36,481 nt of DNA from Chloroflexota bacterium (GCA_040877645.1 JBBDNI010000007.1:1-36481); one strand, 5' to 3'. Counted from the stretch's first letter, positions 7,717-16,234 are shown. The notes: a model not told the origin generated them from the letters alone. A program made the numbers and translations.

Positions 7717-10161
7717 ATGGTCGAACAGGCGCGCGTGGTCGTCATCGGCGGCGGCATCGCTGGGGTGAGCGTCGCTTTCCACCTCGCGCGCTCCGGCTGG
7801 CGGGAGATCATGCTGGTCGAGAAGGGGGCGCTGACCAGCGGGTCGACGAGCCAGGCGGCGGGCCTCGTGACCGCGTTCAACGCCTCCGCGACGATGATGT
7901 CCTTCCGTCGCTACAGCATCGACCTGTATCGCGAGCTGGGCGTCTTCGAAACGGTCGGCAGCCTGAGAATCGCATCCAGCCCCGAGCAATGGCGCGACCT
8001 CCAGCGCGGCGTCAGCCGTGCGCACGGCATCGGTCTTGACGCAGAGCTGCTGAGCCCGGAGGAGACGCGCAGCCGCTTGCCCGTCGTGTCGCCCGATGAG
8101 CTCCACGGGTCGGTATGGCTGCAGGGTGATGGCCATCTGGACCCGCATAGCGCGACGCATGCCGTGGCTGCGGCCGCGCGTGAGCTCGGAGTCACCATTC
8201 GCACGGGTGAGCGTGTCATCGCCATCGAGCTGGGCAACCGCGCAGAGGTTCGCGCCGTTGTCACGGAGCACGGCCGGATCGTCTGTGAGCACGTGGTGAA
8301 CGCAGCGGGCATGTGGGCGCCACGCGTCGCCGCGATGGCCGGAGGCTGGCTGGCGAGCACCCCGGTCGACCACCAGCATGTCGCCCTCCGAGCGGTCGCC
8401 GGGCATGAGTTCAGCCCCGACTCCCCGTGCTTCCGCGACCCGGACAACCTGGTGTACGGCAAGGAAGAGCACGGTGGCATCCTGCTTGGGGGATACGAGG
8501 CTGAGCCCTATGCCCGATGGACGGACGGTGTGCCCTGGGAGCACGGGTCCCGCTCGCTGCCGCCGGATTGGACGCGCTTCGAACCGCTCCTCGCAGGGGC
8601 GATCCGCCGTTTCCCGTTCCTGGCCGATGCCGAGGCGCTGCGGCTCATCAACCACCCCGACGCGATGACACCCGACGCGAACCCGCTCCTGGGCCCGATG
8701 CCGGAGGTCAAAGGAGTATGGGTCGCGGCGGGTCTCTCGCTCAATGGCTTCGGTGCCGCGGGCGGAATGGGGCTGGCGCTGGCCGGCTGGATGACCGCCG
8801 ACGATCCGGGCGTCGACGTGCATGCGTACCGGCCGTGGCGCTTCGGAGCCACGTACCGCGACCCGCGGTACGTGGCCGAGACCGCCCGGGAGGCCTATCG
8901 CTACTACTACCGCCTCCGCTATCCGTACGACACCGACACGGCCGGGCGTCCCCGGCGGCTGAGCCCACTCCACGGCCGTCTGCAGGACGCCGGCGCGATC
9001 TTCGGGACGAAGCACGGCTGGGAGCGAGCCGACCACCACGAACCAGGCGGATCATGGCGGATGGCAGGGGAGGATCAGCGCGCGTACGGCTGGTCTCGAC
9101 CGCCGTGGCTCGATGCGGTGGGGGAGGAACATCGTGCCGTTCGGGAGCGGGTGGGCCTGATCGACCTGACCTCGTTCGGAAAGATCGAGGTCTCCGGCGC
9201 TGGGGCACTCGCGCTTTTGCAGCGTGTCTCGACCGCCGATCTCGACCGCCCCATTGGATCGGTGGTCTACACCCAGTGGCTCGACAGCCAGGGCGGCATG
9301 GTGGCGGATGTCACCGTCGTCCGACTAGCGGGCGACCGATTCCGGGTCGTGACCGGGGCCGGGTACGCAGCCAGCGATCTCGGCTGGCTACGGCTTCACC
9401 GGGAGGACGGCGAATCGGTCGCGTTGGGGGACGCCAGTGACGAGCTCGCGTGCATAGGGCTGTGGGGACCAAGGGCCCGCGACGTCCTGGGCGCGGTCAC
9501 GGACGATGACGTGAGCAACGCGGGCCTCCCGATCAGGACGGCGAGCCTGCTCCGGGTCGGCGCCGGCGAGGTGCTTGCGCAGCGCATCTCCTACGCCGGG
9601 GAGCTCGGCTGGGAGCTGTATGTCGAGCCGGCGTGGGCGGTCCAGCTGTGGGACCGGCTCGCATCGGCTGGGCGGGAGCATGGAGTCGCCGTCTTCGGGT
9701 ATCGGGCCCTCGACAGCCTCAGGATGGAGAAGGGCTACCGCTACTACGGGACCGACCTGACGATGCGGGAGACGCCCCTTGAGGCGGGGATGTCCCGGTT
9801 CGTCGCCTGGGAGAAGCCCGACTTCGTGGGGAGAGCGCCGCTCGTGGAGCGACGCGAGGCCGGGCCGCCGGCTATTCGGCTGCGGAGCGTGACCATCACC
9901 GACCCGGCCTCTGGCGCATCGGACGCAGATTGGCTTCCCGTCTACGGAGGAGAGGCGGTGCGCGTCGGCGGCGAGGTGGTCGGTCGGCTGCGCAGCGTCG
10001 CGTACGGACACTCATTGCGCCGCATGCTCGGCTACGTGTATCTTCCGACCGACCTTGCGCTGGGGGACGAGGTCGAGATCGAGGTTTTTGGGCGGACCGC
10101 TCGCGGGACGGTCTCCCCCGACGCCCTGGTCGATCCCGGTGGTGAGCGGATGCGCGCATAG
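7717..10161 (+). CDS. FAD-dependent oxidoreductase + GcvT-type domain (dimethylglycine/sarcosine oxidase-like), paralogue 2
   Basis: ATG 7717 is preceded by GGGAG. VVVIGGGIAGVSVAFHL; TSGSTSQAAGL (Gln where paralogue 1 has His). C-terminal YAGELGWELY and LRMEKGYR. The 57 codons upstream in the tracked ORF (from GTG 7546) are Arg/Gly-rich junk. Confidence 0.9.
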   Translation: MVEQARVVVIGGGIAGVSVAFHLARSGWREIMLVEKGALTSGSTSQAAGLVTAFNASATMMSFRRYSIDLYRELGVFETVGSLRIASSPEQWRDLQRGVSRAHGIGLDAELLSPEETRSRLPVVSPDELHGSVWLQGDGHLDPHSATHAVAAAARELGVTIRTGERVIAIELGNRAEVRAVVTEHGRIVCEHVVNAAGMWAPRVAAMAGGWLASTPVDHQHVALRAVAGHEFSPDSPCFRDPDNLVYGKEEHGGILLGGYEAEPYARWTDGVPWEHGSRSLPPDWTRFEPLLAGAIRRFPFLADAEALRLINHPDAMTPDANPLLGPMPEVKGVWVAAGLSLNGFGAAGGMGLALAGWMTADDPGVDVHAYRPWRFGATYRDPRYVAETAREAYRYYYRLRYPYDTDTAGRPRRLSPLHGRLQDAGAIFGTKHGWERADHHEPGGSWRMAGEDQRAYGWSRPPWLDAVGEEHRAVRERVGLIDLTSFGKIEVSGAGALALLQRVSTADLDRPIGSVVYTQWLDSQGGMVADVTVVRLAGDRFRVVTGAGYAASDLGWLRLHREDGESVALGDASDELACIGLWGPRARDVLGAVTDDDVSNAGLPIRTASLLRVGAGEVLAQRISYAGELGWELYVEPAWAVQLWDRLASAGREHGVAVFGYRALDSLRMEKGYRYYGTDLTMRETPLEAGMSRFVAWEKPDFVGRAPLVERREAGPPAIRLRSVTITDPASGASDADWLPVYGGEAVRVGGEVVGRLRSVAYGHSLRRMLGYVYLPTDLALGDEVEIEVFGRTARGTVSPDALVDPGGERMRA

Positions 10162-10172
10162 GCCAGGAGTCG

Positions 10173-11171
10173 ATGGTGCCCCTCTTCGGCGATCGGTCCC
10201 CGGGGAAGAAAACGACGGTCTTCTACGCAACCGATGTCCATGGTTCCGAGCGGACCTGGCGAAAGTTCCTATCTGCCGCCAGCTTCTACCATGCCGATGT
10301 CCTGGTGATGGGCGGCGATGTGATGGGGAAGCTTGCGATCCCCGTCATCCGGGAGCCGAGCGGTCACCACCGGGCGACGATCCATGGGCGCGTGGAGCGG
10401 CTCGAGACGCTCGCGGAGGTTGAGCGCGCCCGTGAGCTGATCCGCTCGCTCGGCTTCTACGACATCGTCATGGACGAGGACCAATACCTCGCGGTGCGTG
10501 ACGACCCGGCCGCGATCGACGAGCTGTGGCGCCGCCTGGCCGTCGAGCGGCTGGCGCGCTGGATCGAGCTGGCCGAGGATCGGCTTGGACCTTCGGGCAT
10601 CCAGTGCTTCGTGTCCGGCGGTAACGACGACTTGCTGGAGGTGATGGAGACGCTGCCATCCGAGGGGACGCGCTCCTTCGTGGCCTGCGAAAGCCGCGTC
10701 GTCCCGCTTGACGACGACCACGTCATGGTCAGCCTGCCCTACGTCAACCCGACCCCCTGGCAGACGCCGAGAGAGGCCCCGGAGGAGGAGCTAGCCGCGA
10801 TGATCGACCAAGGCGTGGCGGGGATCACCGACTTCGGGAAAGTGATCTTCAACTTCCATGCGCCGCCGGTCAGCTCAACCCTCGACACCTGCATCATGCT
10901 CGACGCGACGACCGATCCGCCGTCGCAGGTCGTCCGTGGCGGGCAGCCGGTCATGTATGGAGCCGGAAGCACCGCGGTGCGTGCTGCCGTCGAGCGCTAC
11001 CAGCCATTGCTCGGACTTCACGGCCACATCCACGAGTCCCAGGCCGCAGCGCGGCTTGGTCGAACCCTGTGCATCAACCCCGGCAGCGAGTACGGTGAGG
11101 GGGTGCTGCGGGGGACGTTGATCAGCCTCTCCAAGGGCAAGGTGGAGAGCTACCAGATGACGGCTGGATGA
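10173..11171 (+). CDS. calcineurin-like metallophosphoesterase
   Basis: Motif series DVHG, VMGGDVMGK, SGGNDD, GLHGHIHES. AGGAG lies 4 nt before ATG 10173. Only 11 nt separate it from the oxidase stop. Confidence 0.85.
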   Translation: MVPLFGDRSPGKKTTVFYATDVHGSERTWRKFLSAASFYHADVLVMGGDVMGKLAIPVIREPSGHHRATIHGRVERLETLAEVERARELIRSLGFYDIVMDEDQYLAVRDDPAAIDELWRRLAVERLARWIELAEDRLGPSGIQCFVSGGNDDLLEVMETLPSEGTRSFVACESRVVPLDDDHVMVSLPYVNPTPWQTPREAPEEELAAMIDQGVAGITDFGKVIFNFHAPPVSSTLDTCIMLDATTDPPSQVVRGGQPVMYGAGSTAVRAAVERYQPLLGLHGHIHESQAAARLGRTLCINPGSEYGEGVLRGTLISLSKGKVESYQMTAG

Positions 11172-11314
11172 ACGACGCCCCGCCCAAGGGGTGGTGCAGG
11201 TCAGGCGAAGAAAGAGAGGTGCGATCCGAGAGGCGATCACGGCGGCCAGACTGACCGTCGAAGGGCGTGTGCGCCGATGCGCGATCATTGACAGCAATAC
11301 GGGAGGTGGATAGG

Positions 11315-12967
11315 GTGGCGACACAGGCGATCCCCGCCGCGGCTACGCCAGAGATCTTCGTTCGGAAGTCATCCGGCCTGGTCCGCGTGATGTCCCCATC
11401 GTCGGCGTTTGTGTACAACGTGCTGACGATGGGCCTGATCTTTCCCTGGACCTATCTCTGGGCGCCGGGAGCGCTGCCCGGAGGACGGTTGGTCGAGGGG
11501 ATCCTCCTGGCGATGATCTTGGAGATTCCGATCGCCCTCTCCTACGTCTGGCTCTCAACCGCCTTCCCCCGAACCGGCGGTGACTACGTCTTCCAGAGCC
11601 GTGTCTTCGGGGGCGGTCTGGCTTTCACGGTCGTCTTCTCGGGCTTCGTGATCTGGATCCTGCAGTGGGTGGCCCTCTCTGGTTGGCTGCTCGCAACGCT
11701 CGGCTTCGCACCGCTCTTCCTGGGGCTTGGCGCCTCGCTAAAGAACGCGGGCATGGTCGACGTGGCGGCCTGGTTCACGACGCCGACGGGGATCATCGTG
11801 ACGAGCATCGCCAATGCCGGGATCGCCCTGGTGATCCTGGCCTCCGGGTTCCGCAACTACGTCCGCGTTCAGCGGGTGATGTGGATCGCCATCCTCCTTT
11901 CGTTTGGGACGATGCTCTTCGTCTTGGCAACCACCAGCCCGGGTGTGGTGCCAGGGCGGCTCGACGCCTTCTCGGCGGCGATCGGGGGGTCGTCATCCTT
12001 CACGGCCGATGCGATCAGCGCGGCGCAGGGTGCCGGCATCGATCTCAACCCGCCGTTCAGCCTGCTCGCGACGCTCCTGATCGCGCCGATCGCGTGGACG
12101 TCGCTGCAGTGGGCTACCTATTCGAGCCAGCAGAATGGCGAGATCAAGTCGGCGGGCTCATTCCGGAACCAGGCGTTCATCATCGTTGGTGCGCTGGTGT
12201 TGACCGGCCTGCTTCTGGCACTGCTGGCCTTCGTGCTCGAAGGCGCTGTGGGGTCCCAGTTCCTCTATGTCGCCGGCTCCGGGTACTGGAGCGGCGTCTC
12301 CGAGGCGTCGTTGGCAGGTTCCTACCTGTGGCCGAACATCCTGGCGACAGCGATCGCGTTCAACCCGCTCGTCACCCTGCTGATCGCTGCCGGGTTCATC
12401 CTCAACGGGCACCAGATCGTCCACAACTGCTACATCGGCATGACGCGGGTGATGGTCGCCATGTCGTTCGATCGGCTGCTCCCCGAGTGGGTCAGCCGCG
12501 TGAGTGATCGGTTCCACACGCCCGTGAATGCCCACGTCGTGTACTTCGTCGCAAGCATTCCGGTGATCTGGCTGTACAACAGCTTCTCGTATGGCGACTC
12601 GACCTGGACGTCGTTGACCCTCGGCGTGACGTTCGCGTGCGGATACGTGTTCGTGGCCACGGCACTCGCCGGGGCGTTGCTCCCGTACCGGGCCAAGGCG
12701 GCCTACGATGCGTCCCCGGGCGCGAAGTACACGCTCGGCGGCCTGCCGCTGGTGACGATCATCGGCCTGCTGGGGTCAGCAGCCGGCGTCGTCTTCCTGT
12801 ACCTGTTCATCACCAACGCCCAGCTGGGGCTGACCACGCAGCTCGCCAACACCGTCGTGGGCGGTGTCCTGCTCTTCTCCGCGGCCTGGTACCTGATCGC
12901 AAAGCAGGTCCGCCGCAGCCGCGGCATCGACGTCTCGTTCGCCTTCAAGGAGATCCCGCCCGAGTGA
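11315..12967 (+). CDS. APC-superfamily permease
   Basis: About 12 TM helices, with FPRTGGDYVFQSR typical of APC transporters. GTG 11315 is preceded by GGGAGG with an 8-nt spacer; the tracked ORF starts at GTG 11267. Confidence 0.85.
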   Translation: MATQAIPAAATPEIFVRKSSGLVRVMSPSSAFVYNVLTMGLIFPWTYLWAPGALPGGRLVEGILLAMILEIPIALSYVWLSTAFPRTGGDYVFQSRVFGGGLAFTVVFSGFVIWILQWVALSGWLLATLGFAPLFLGLGASLKNAGMVDVAAWFTTPTGIIVTSIANAGIALVILASGFRNYVRVQRVMWIAILLSFGTMLFVLATTSPGVVPGRLDAFSAAIGGSSSFTADAISAAQGAGIDLNPPFSLLATLLIAPIAWTSLQWATYSSQQNGEIKSAGSFRNQAFIIVGALVLTGLLLALLAFVLEGAVGSQFLYVAGSGYWSGVSEASLAGSYLWPNILATAIAFNPLVTLLIAAGFILNGHQIVHNCYIGMTRVMVAMSFDRLLPEWVSRVSDRFHTPVNAHVVYFVASIPVIWLYNSFSYGDSTWTSLTLGVTFACGYVFVATALAGALLPYRAKAAYDASPGAKYTLGGLPLVTIIGLLGSAAGVVFLYLFITNAQLGLTTQLANTVVGGVLLFSAAWYLIAKQVRRSRGIDVSFAFKEIPPE

Positions 12968-13011
12968 TCGTTGGTCGTCAGCTCCATGCAAAGCCCGGCC
13001 CCCCCCCCGGC

Positions 13012-13914
13012 TCACGTCCGCACGTCGCGCAGCCAGCGCGCGAGCTCGTCCGAGTCGAGGCCGGCGGCCGCGCGGGCCCAGCGCTCCTCGGCCCAAGCAT
13101 GGAAGTCGAAGTCGATCGTCGAGATCCGCGCCTGGATCGCTGCCCAGAGCGTCCACCCCACGTCGGACATGATCATGTTCAGGTGCATCCTCGCCAGCAG
13201 AGCCGGGGACGCCTCGCCGAAATAGGCCGCGCACAACGACCCGACCCGCGCGTCATCCCAGCCCAGCTCCTGGCACGTATTGCCGAGTTCGAAGGTTGGA
13301 TCGCCGTTGCCGCTGTACTCGTAGTCGACGATCCGCAGATCCGTGCCGTTGTCGAGGTAGTTCTCAGCCAGCAGGTCGTTATGGCAGGGCACTACCGGCA
13401 GGGGCCTGGCGCGCAGAGCGCCCTCGAGCTCCGGCAGCTGCTCGAGACGCTCCCGGTAGCCCGCCGGGATGGGGATCCTGCGCGCCTCCACGGCGCGCAC
13501 GTATCGCTCCGTCAAGCGGAACATGTTGAAGTCGTGGAGGAAGCGTGGACCGGCGTGGAGCCGCCGCAGGGACGCGGCCACGCGCGCGGCCATGCCACTC
13601 TCGGCAAACGTCTCGTTCGTCATCGCACGCCCGCCGATCCATTCAAGCACGATCACGCCGTGCTGGGGCAGCGCGTGGACGACGCGGGCGCCGATCCCCG
13701 TCTCCGCCGCGGCTCGGGTGTTGTGCAATTCGTTCGTTCGGTCGATCGCGAGGATGCTCGTGTCGGCGCCGGGGACGCGGACGAACATCCGCTCGCCGTC
13801 GACCGTGACCGCGTAGTTCATATTGGTCAAACCAGCGAGTACCGGCTCAATCTCGACGGTCCGCCCACGCCAGGCGTCGATCGCATGCACCACTTGCTCG
13901 ATCCCAATCGCCAT
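13012..13914 (-). CDS. choline/ethanolamine-kinase-like phosphotransferase, paralogue 2
   Basis: CHNDLLAENY and IVDYEYSGNGDPTFELGN. ATG 13914 is preceded by GGAAGGAGGG with a 4-nt spacer; the tracked ORF extends 20 codons further, to 13974. Confidence 0.85.
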   Translation of the reverse strand: MAIGIEQVVHAIDAWRGRTVEIEPVLAGLTNMNYAVTVDGERMFVRVPGADTSILAIDRTNELHNTRAAAETGIGARVVHALPQHGVIVLEWIGGRAMTNETFAESGMAARVAASLRRLHAGPRFLHDFNMFRLTERYVRAVEARRIPIPAGYRERLEQLPELEGALRARPLPVVPCHNDLLAENYLDNGTDLRIVDYEYSGNGDPTFELGNTCQELGWDDARVGSLCAAYFGEASPALLARMHLNMIMSDVGWTLWAAIQARISTIDFDFHAWAEERWARAAAGLDSDELARWLRDVRT

Positions 13915-13994
13915 CCGGCCCTCCTTCCGCCCGGTCGGGCATCGCACGCTTCGGGCTGGGAAGCGCCTCCTCAAGCAGATCGGCGGACGCGGTA

Positions 13995-14029
13995 CGAGCG
14001 GCCGGCGCCGGAGCGCCGAGCCGCTCGTC
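13995..14029. other. long GC-rich stem-loop between permease and kinase genes
   Basis: ACGAGCGGC-CGGCGC-cgga-GCGCCG-a-GCCGCTCGT: 9 + 6 bp with a one-base bulge and a 4-nt loop, read directly. No U-tract follows on the minus (transcribed) strand. Confidence 0.5.
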
Positions 14030-14125
14030 TTGGTCTGCTTCAGACGGGAGCATGTCGGCTACCGACCGGCTGGTCCTCACGTCCCTGACGAAGGGCTCGC
14101 GACCGGTCGCTCAGACTCCGCGCAG

Positions 14126-15598
14126 CTAGCCCATGTCCGTGGAATCGGCCCGAGCGTCCTCCCGGATATTCTCCGTCGGTCGAGCGATGAGCAGATAGGC
14201 AAGGCCCAGCAGAAACACCACCCCGGCGCTGATCGGGACGAGCCACCGATCGACGAAGGATTCGAGGCCCTCGCCTGTCTTGAACGACAGGATCACGATG
14301 GCCGATACGCCGTACACCAAGCCGACCACGTTGACCGGCCAGCCCCAGCCACCGAGGTTGAACGACCCGCTCGGCCGCCAGCCACGCGCTCGAGCGATGA
14401 TCGAGGCCAGGACCACGCTCTGGAAGCCGATGTAGATGCCGACAACGGCGAAGGTGATGATGATCGTCACCGTGGCCGACGGCAGGAGGGTGATCAGGGA
14501 GGGGACGATCACGGCCACCAGCACCGCCCCGGGGGGCATGTGCCAGCGCGGGTGCACGCTCGACAGGGCCCGTGATCCGACCACCATCCCGTCGCGCGCG
14601 AACGAGTAGACGAGGCGGATCGCCGCACCCTGGATGGCGATCGTGCAGGAGACGAAGGCAAACAGGATCAGCGCCAGCGCGATCGTGGTTCCGGCATCGC
14701 CGAAGTTCGCCAGCAGGATCGAATCGATGGGCGACGCATCGGCACCGCTCATGACGGCCCCGATGTCCGGCACGGCCAGGATCAGGGCGATCGCCAGGAA
14801 GAACGAGGTCGCGCCGCCGACGGCCAGCGTCAGCTGCATGGCGCGCGGCACCTTGCGTGATGGGTCGTGGACCTCCTCGGCGATGTCGCCGCACGCTTCG
14901 AAGCCGTAGAAGATCCAGACGCTGAAGAGCGCGGCGGCCAGGAAGGCGCCGAGGTAGTCCCCGCCCCCGGCCCCCATGGTGTCGAAGATGACGCCGAAAT
15001 CCTGGTTGCGATCGAAGAGCAGCAGGTAGGCGCCCAGTCCCAGGGTGCCCGCAATCTCGACGACCAGGCCGGCGCGCGCAAGGAGCGCGAGGCGACGAAT
15101 GCCGAGCATGTTCAGGATGCCGCCGAGGACGATGACGGCCACGGCCACAAGCACCGTGCTCAGCGGCGTGTTCTCCCAGCCGAACAGCGGCGCCGCGAAC
15201 AGGTTGGCCGCGTAGGCCACTGCTGCAACAGTGATGAGCAATGCCACCGTGTACATCCAACCCGACATGAACGCGTAGCGCGGGCCTACCAGGCGCTTCG
15301 ACCATTGGTAGATGCCGCCCGCGAGCGGGAACTGCGATGCAATCTCAGAGAAGGTGAAGACGACCATGAACTGGCCGAAGACCACGATGGGCACCGACCA
15401 GATGAACGCCGGACCGCCGGTGGCCAGTCCGAAGGCAAACAGGGAGTAGACCCCCACCACCGGGGACAGGTAGGTGAACCCCACCGCAAAGTTCGATAAG
15501 AGCCCAATGGATCGGCTCAGTTGCTGGCGATAACCCAGGCTCGCGAGCTGACGTTCGTCAGCCCCGACCTCGGCGACGGCCGGTGACGCGGATGCCAT
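14126..15598 (-). CDS. APC-superfamily permease, amino acid/choline transporter (ACT)-like
   Basis: ATG 15598 is preceded by GGAGGAGAG with a 6-nt spacer. N-terminus LGYRQQLSRSIGLLSNFAVGFTYLS and FPLAGGIYQW. It forms the C-terminal 491 aa of the artefactual 702-aa tracked ORF. Confidence 0.9.
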   Translation of the reverse strand: MASASPAVAEVGADERQLASLGYRQQLSRSIGLLSNFAVGFTYLSPVVGVYSLFAFGLATGGPAFIWSVPIVVFGQFMVVFTFSEIASQFPLAGGIYQWSKRLVGPRYAFMSGWMYTVALLITVAAVAYAANLFAAPLFGWENTPLSTVLVAVAVIVLGGILNMLGIRRLALLARAGLVVEIAGTLGLGAYLLLFDRNQDFGVIFDTMGAGGGDYLGAFLAAALFSVWIFYGFEACGDIAEEVHDPSRKVPRAMQLTLAVGGATSFFLAIALILAVPDIGAVMSGADASPIDSILLANFGDAGTTIALALILFAFVSCTIAIQGAAIRLVYSFARDGMVVGSRALSSVHPRWHMPPGAVLVAVIVPSLITLLPSATVTIIITFAVVGIYIGFQSVVLASIIARARGWRPSGSFNLGGWGWPVNVVGLVYGVSAIVILSFKTGEGLESFVDRWLVPISAGVVFLLGLAYLLIARPTENIREDARADSTDMG

Positions 15599-15690
15599 GA
15601 GAGTCTCTCCTCCGAATCTGCTGGAGATTCCTGGTCCGCACGGATCGGGCATGCAGCACTTTGGGCGACCGATCGGCCGGGCTGGGCGGC

Positions 15691-15720
15691 AGCATAGGAG
15701 CGCCCCACATGACCCGTCAA
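15691..15720 (-). promoter_or_regulatory. candidate promoter TTGACG-18 nt-TATGCT for the permease/kinase transcription unit
   Basis: Minus strand: -35 TTGACG (15720..15715, overlapping the Nudix stop codon), -10 TATGCT (15696..15691), about 90 nt upstream of ATG 15598. Confidence 0.35.
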
Positions 15721-16234
15721 CGACTTTTTTCGTGGCCCTCCGGCGACGGCCCGATCCGGTAGAGGTGCGCGTGCTCGGGGCGCTCGAGCAGGTCGGCCGA
15801 CATCCGCTGCAGCGCCGCGCGCTGGGGCTCGTATGGGACAAGGCGCACCGCCTCTGCGAGCGACCCCCATCGCCACTCGTCGTGCTCCTCTGAGAGCTGC
15901 GGCACGGCATCCGCCGCCACCCGAGCGGCAACGGCACGATCGCTTCGACCGTGCCGCGCTTCCACGCGTACAAGTCGAAGACGGCATTCACCGTGTAAAG
16001 CTCGATGGCTTCCAGCCCCGTCTCCTCGCGCAGTTCGCGCTGCGCGGCGAGATGCGGAGCCTCGCCCGCCTCGATCCAGCCGGAGACGCCCTGCCAGAAG
16101 GGTGACCCATCGCGACCGGACCGATGCAGCAGCAGGAACTCGGACCTGCCGTCGAGCACGCGATATGGCCACACATCCACACCGGTCACCCGGTGCGCGG
16201 GCCAGCCCTCGGCCCGCGTCTTCGAATCGGTCAC
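15717..16234 (-). pseudogene. NudB-like Nudix hydrolase (dihydroneopterin-triphosphate pyrophosphatase-like) interrupted by a 1-nt frameshift
   Basis: The N-terminal part, with a complete Nudix box GWIEAGEAPHLAAQRELREETGL, is in the frame of GTG 16234. The C-terminal part (AVAARVAADAVPQLSEEHDEWRWGSLAEAVRLVPYEPQRAALQRM, stop 15717) is in the -1 frame. The switch lies around 15925..15950. Confidence 0.7.

Noticed and set aside
11172-11314. Possible glycine (or other) riboswitch in the 143-nt gap upstream of the APC permease, suggested by the GAGAGG and CGAAGGGCG strings and the glycine-producing context
   Set aside because: The hallmark elements I remember (paired GGAGAG...CACCGAAGGGGCAA...CTCAGGCAAAAGGAC cores, tandem aptamers) are not present, and only short 4-6 bp stems can be drawn. 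The TTGACA at 11288 has no usable -10 upstream of the SD-supported start. A covariance-model scan would be decisive.
13847-14080. 77-aa minus-strand ORF in the permease/kinase 2 spacer as a possible small gene
   Set aside because: It overlaps the kinase start in another frame. Its GC3 is clearly lower than in the real genes here. It has no SD, and its sequence is dominated by the hairpin-forming repeats.
15925-15950. Programmed -1 ribosomal frameshift in the Nudix gene
   Set aside because: I found no X-XXY-YYZ slippery heptamer and no obvious downstream pseudoknot or hairpin at the frame junction. A mutation or assembly error is the simpler explanation.
14126-16234. 702-aa ORF that looks like a Nudix-permease fusion protein
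   Set aside because: The ~120 aa joining the two parts is Arg/Ser/Cys-rich junk. The permease has its own GGAGGAGAG + ATG at 15598. The true Nudix C-terminus sits in another frame ending at 15717. The long ORF is a by-product of a frameshift plus the absence of stops in GC-rich DNA.
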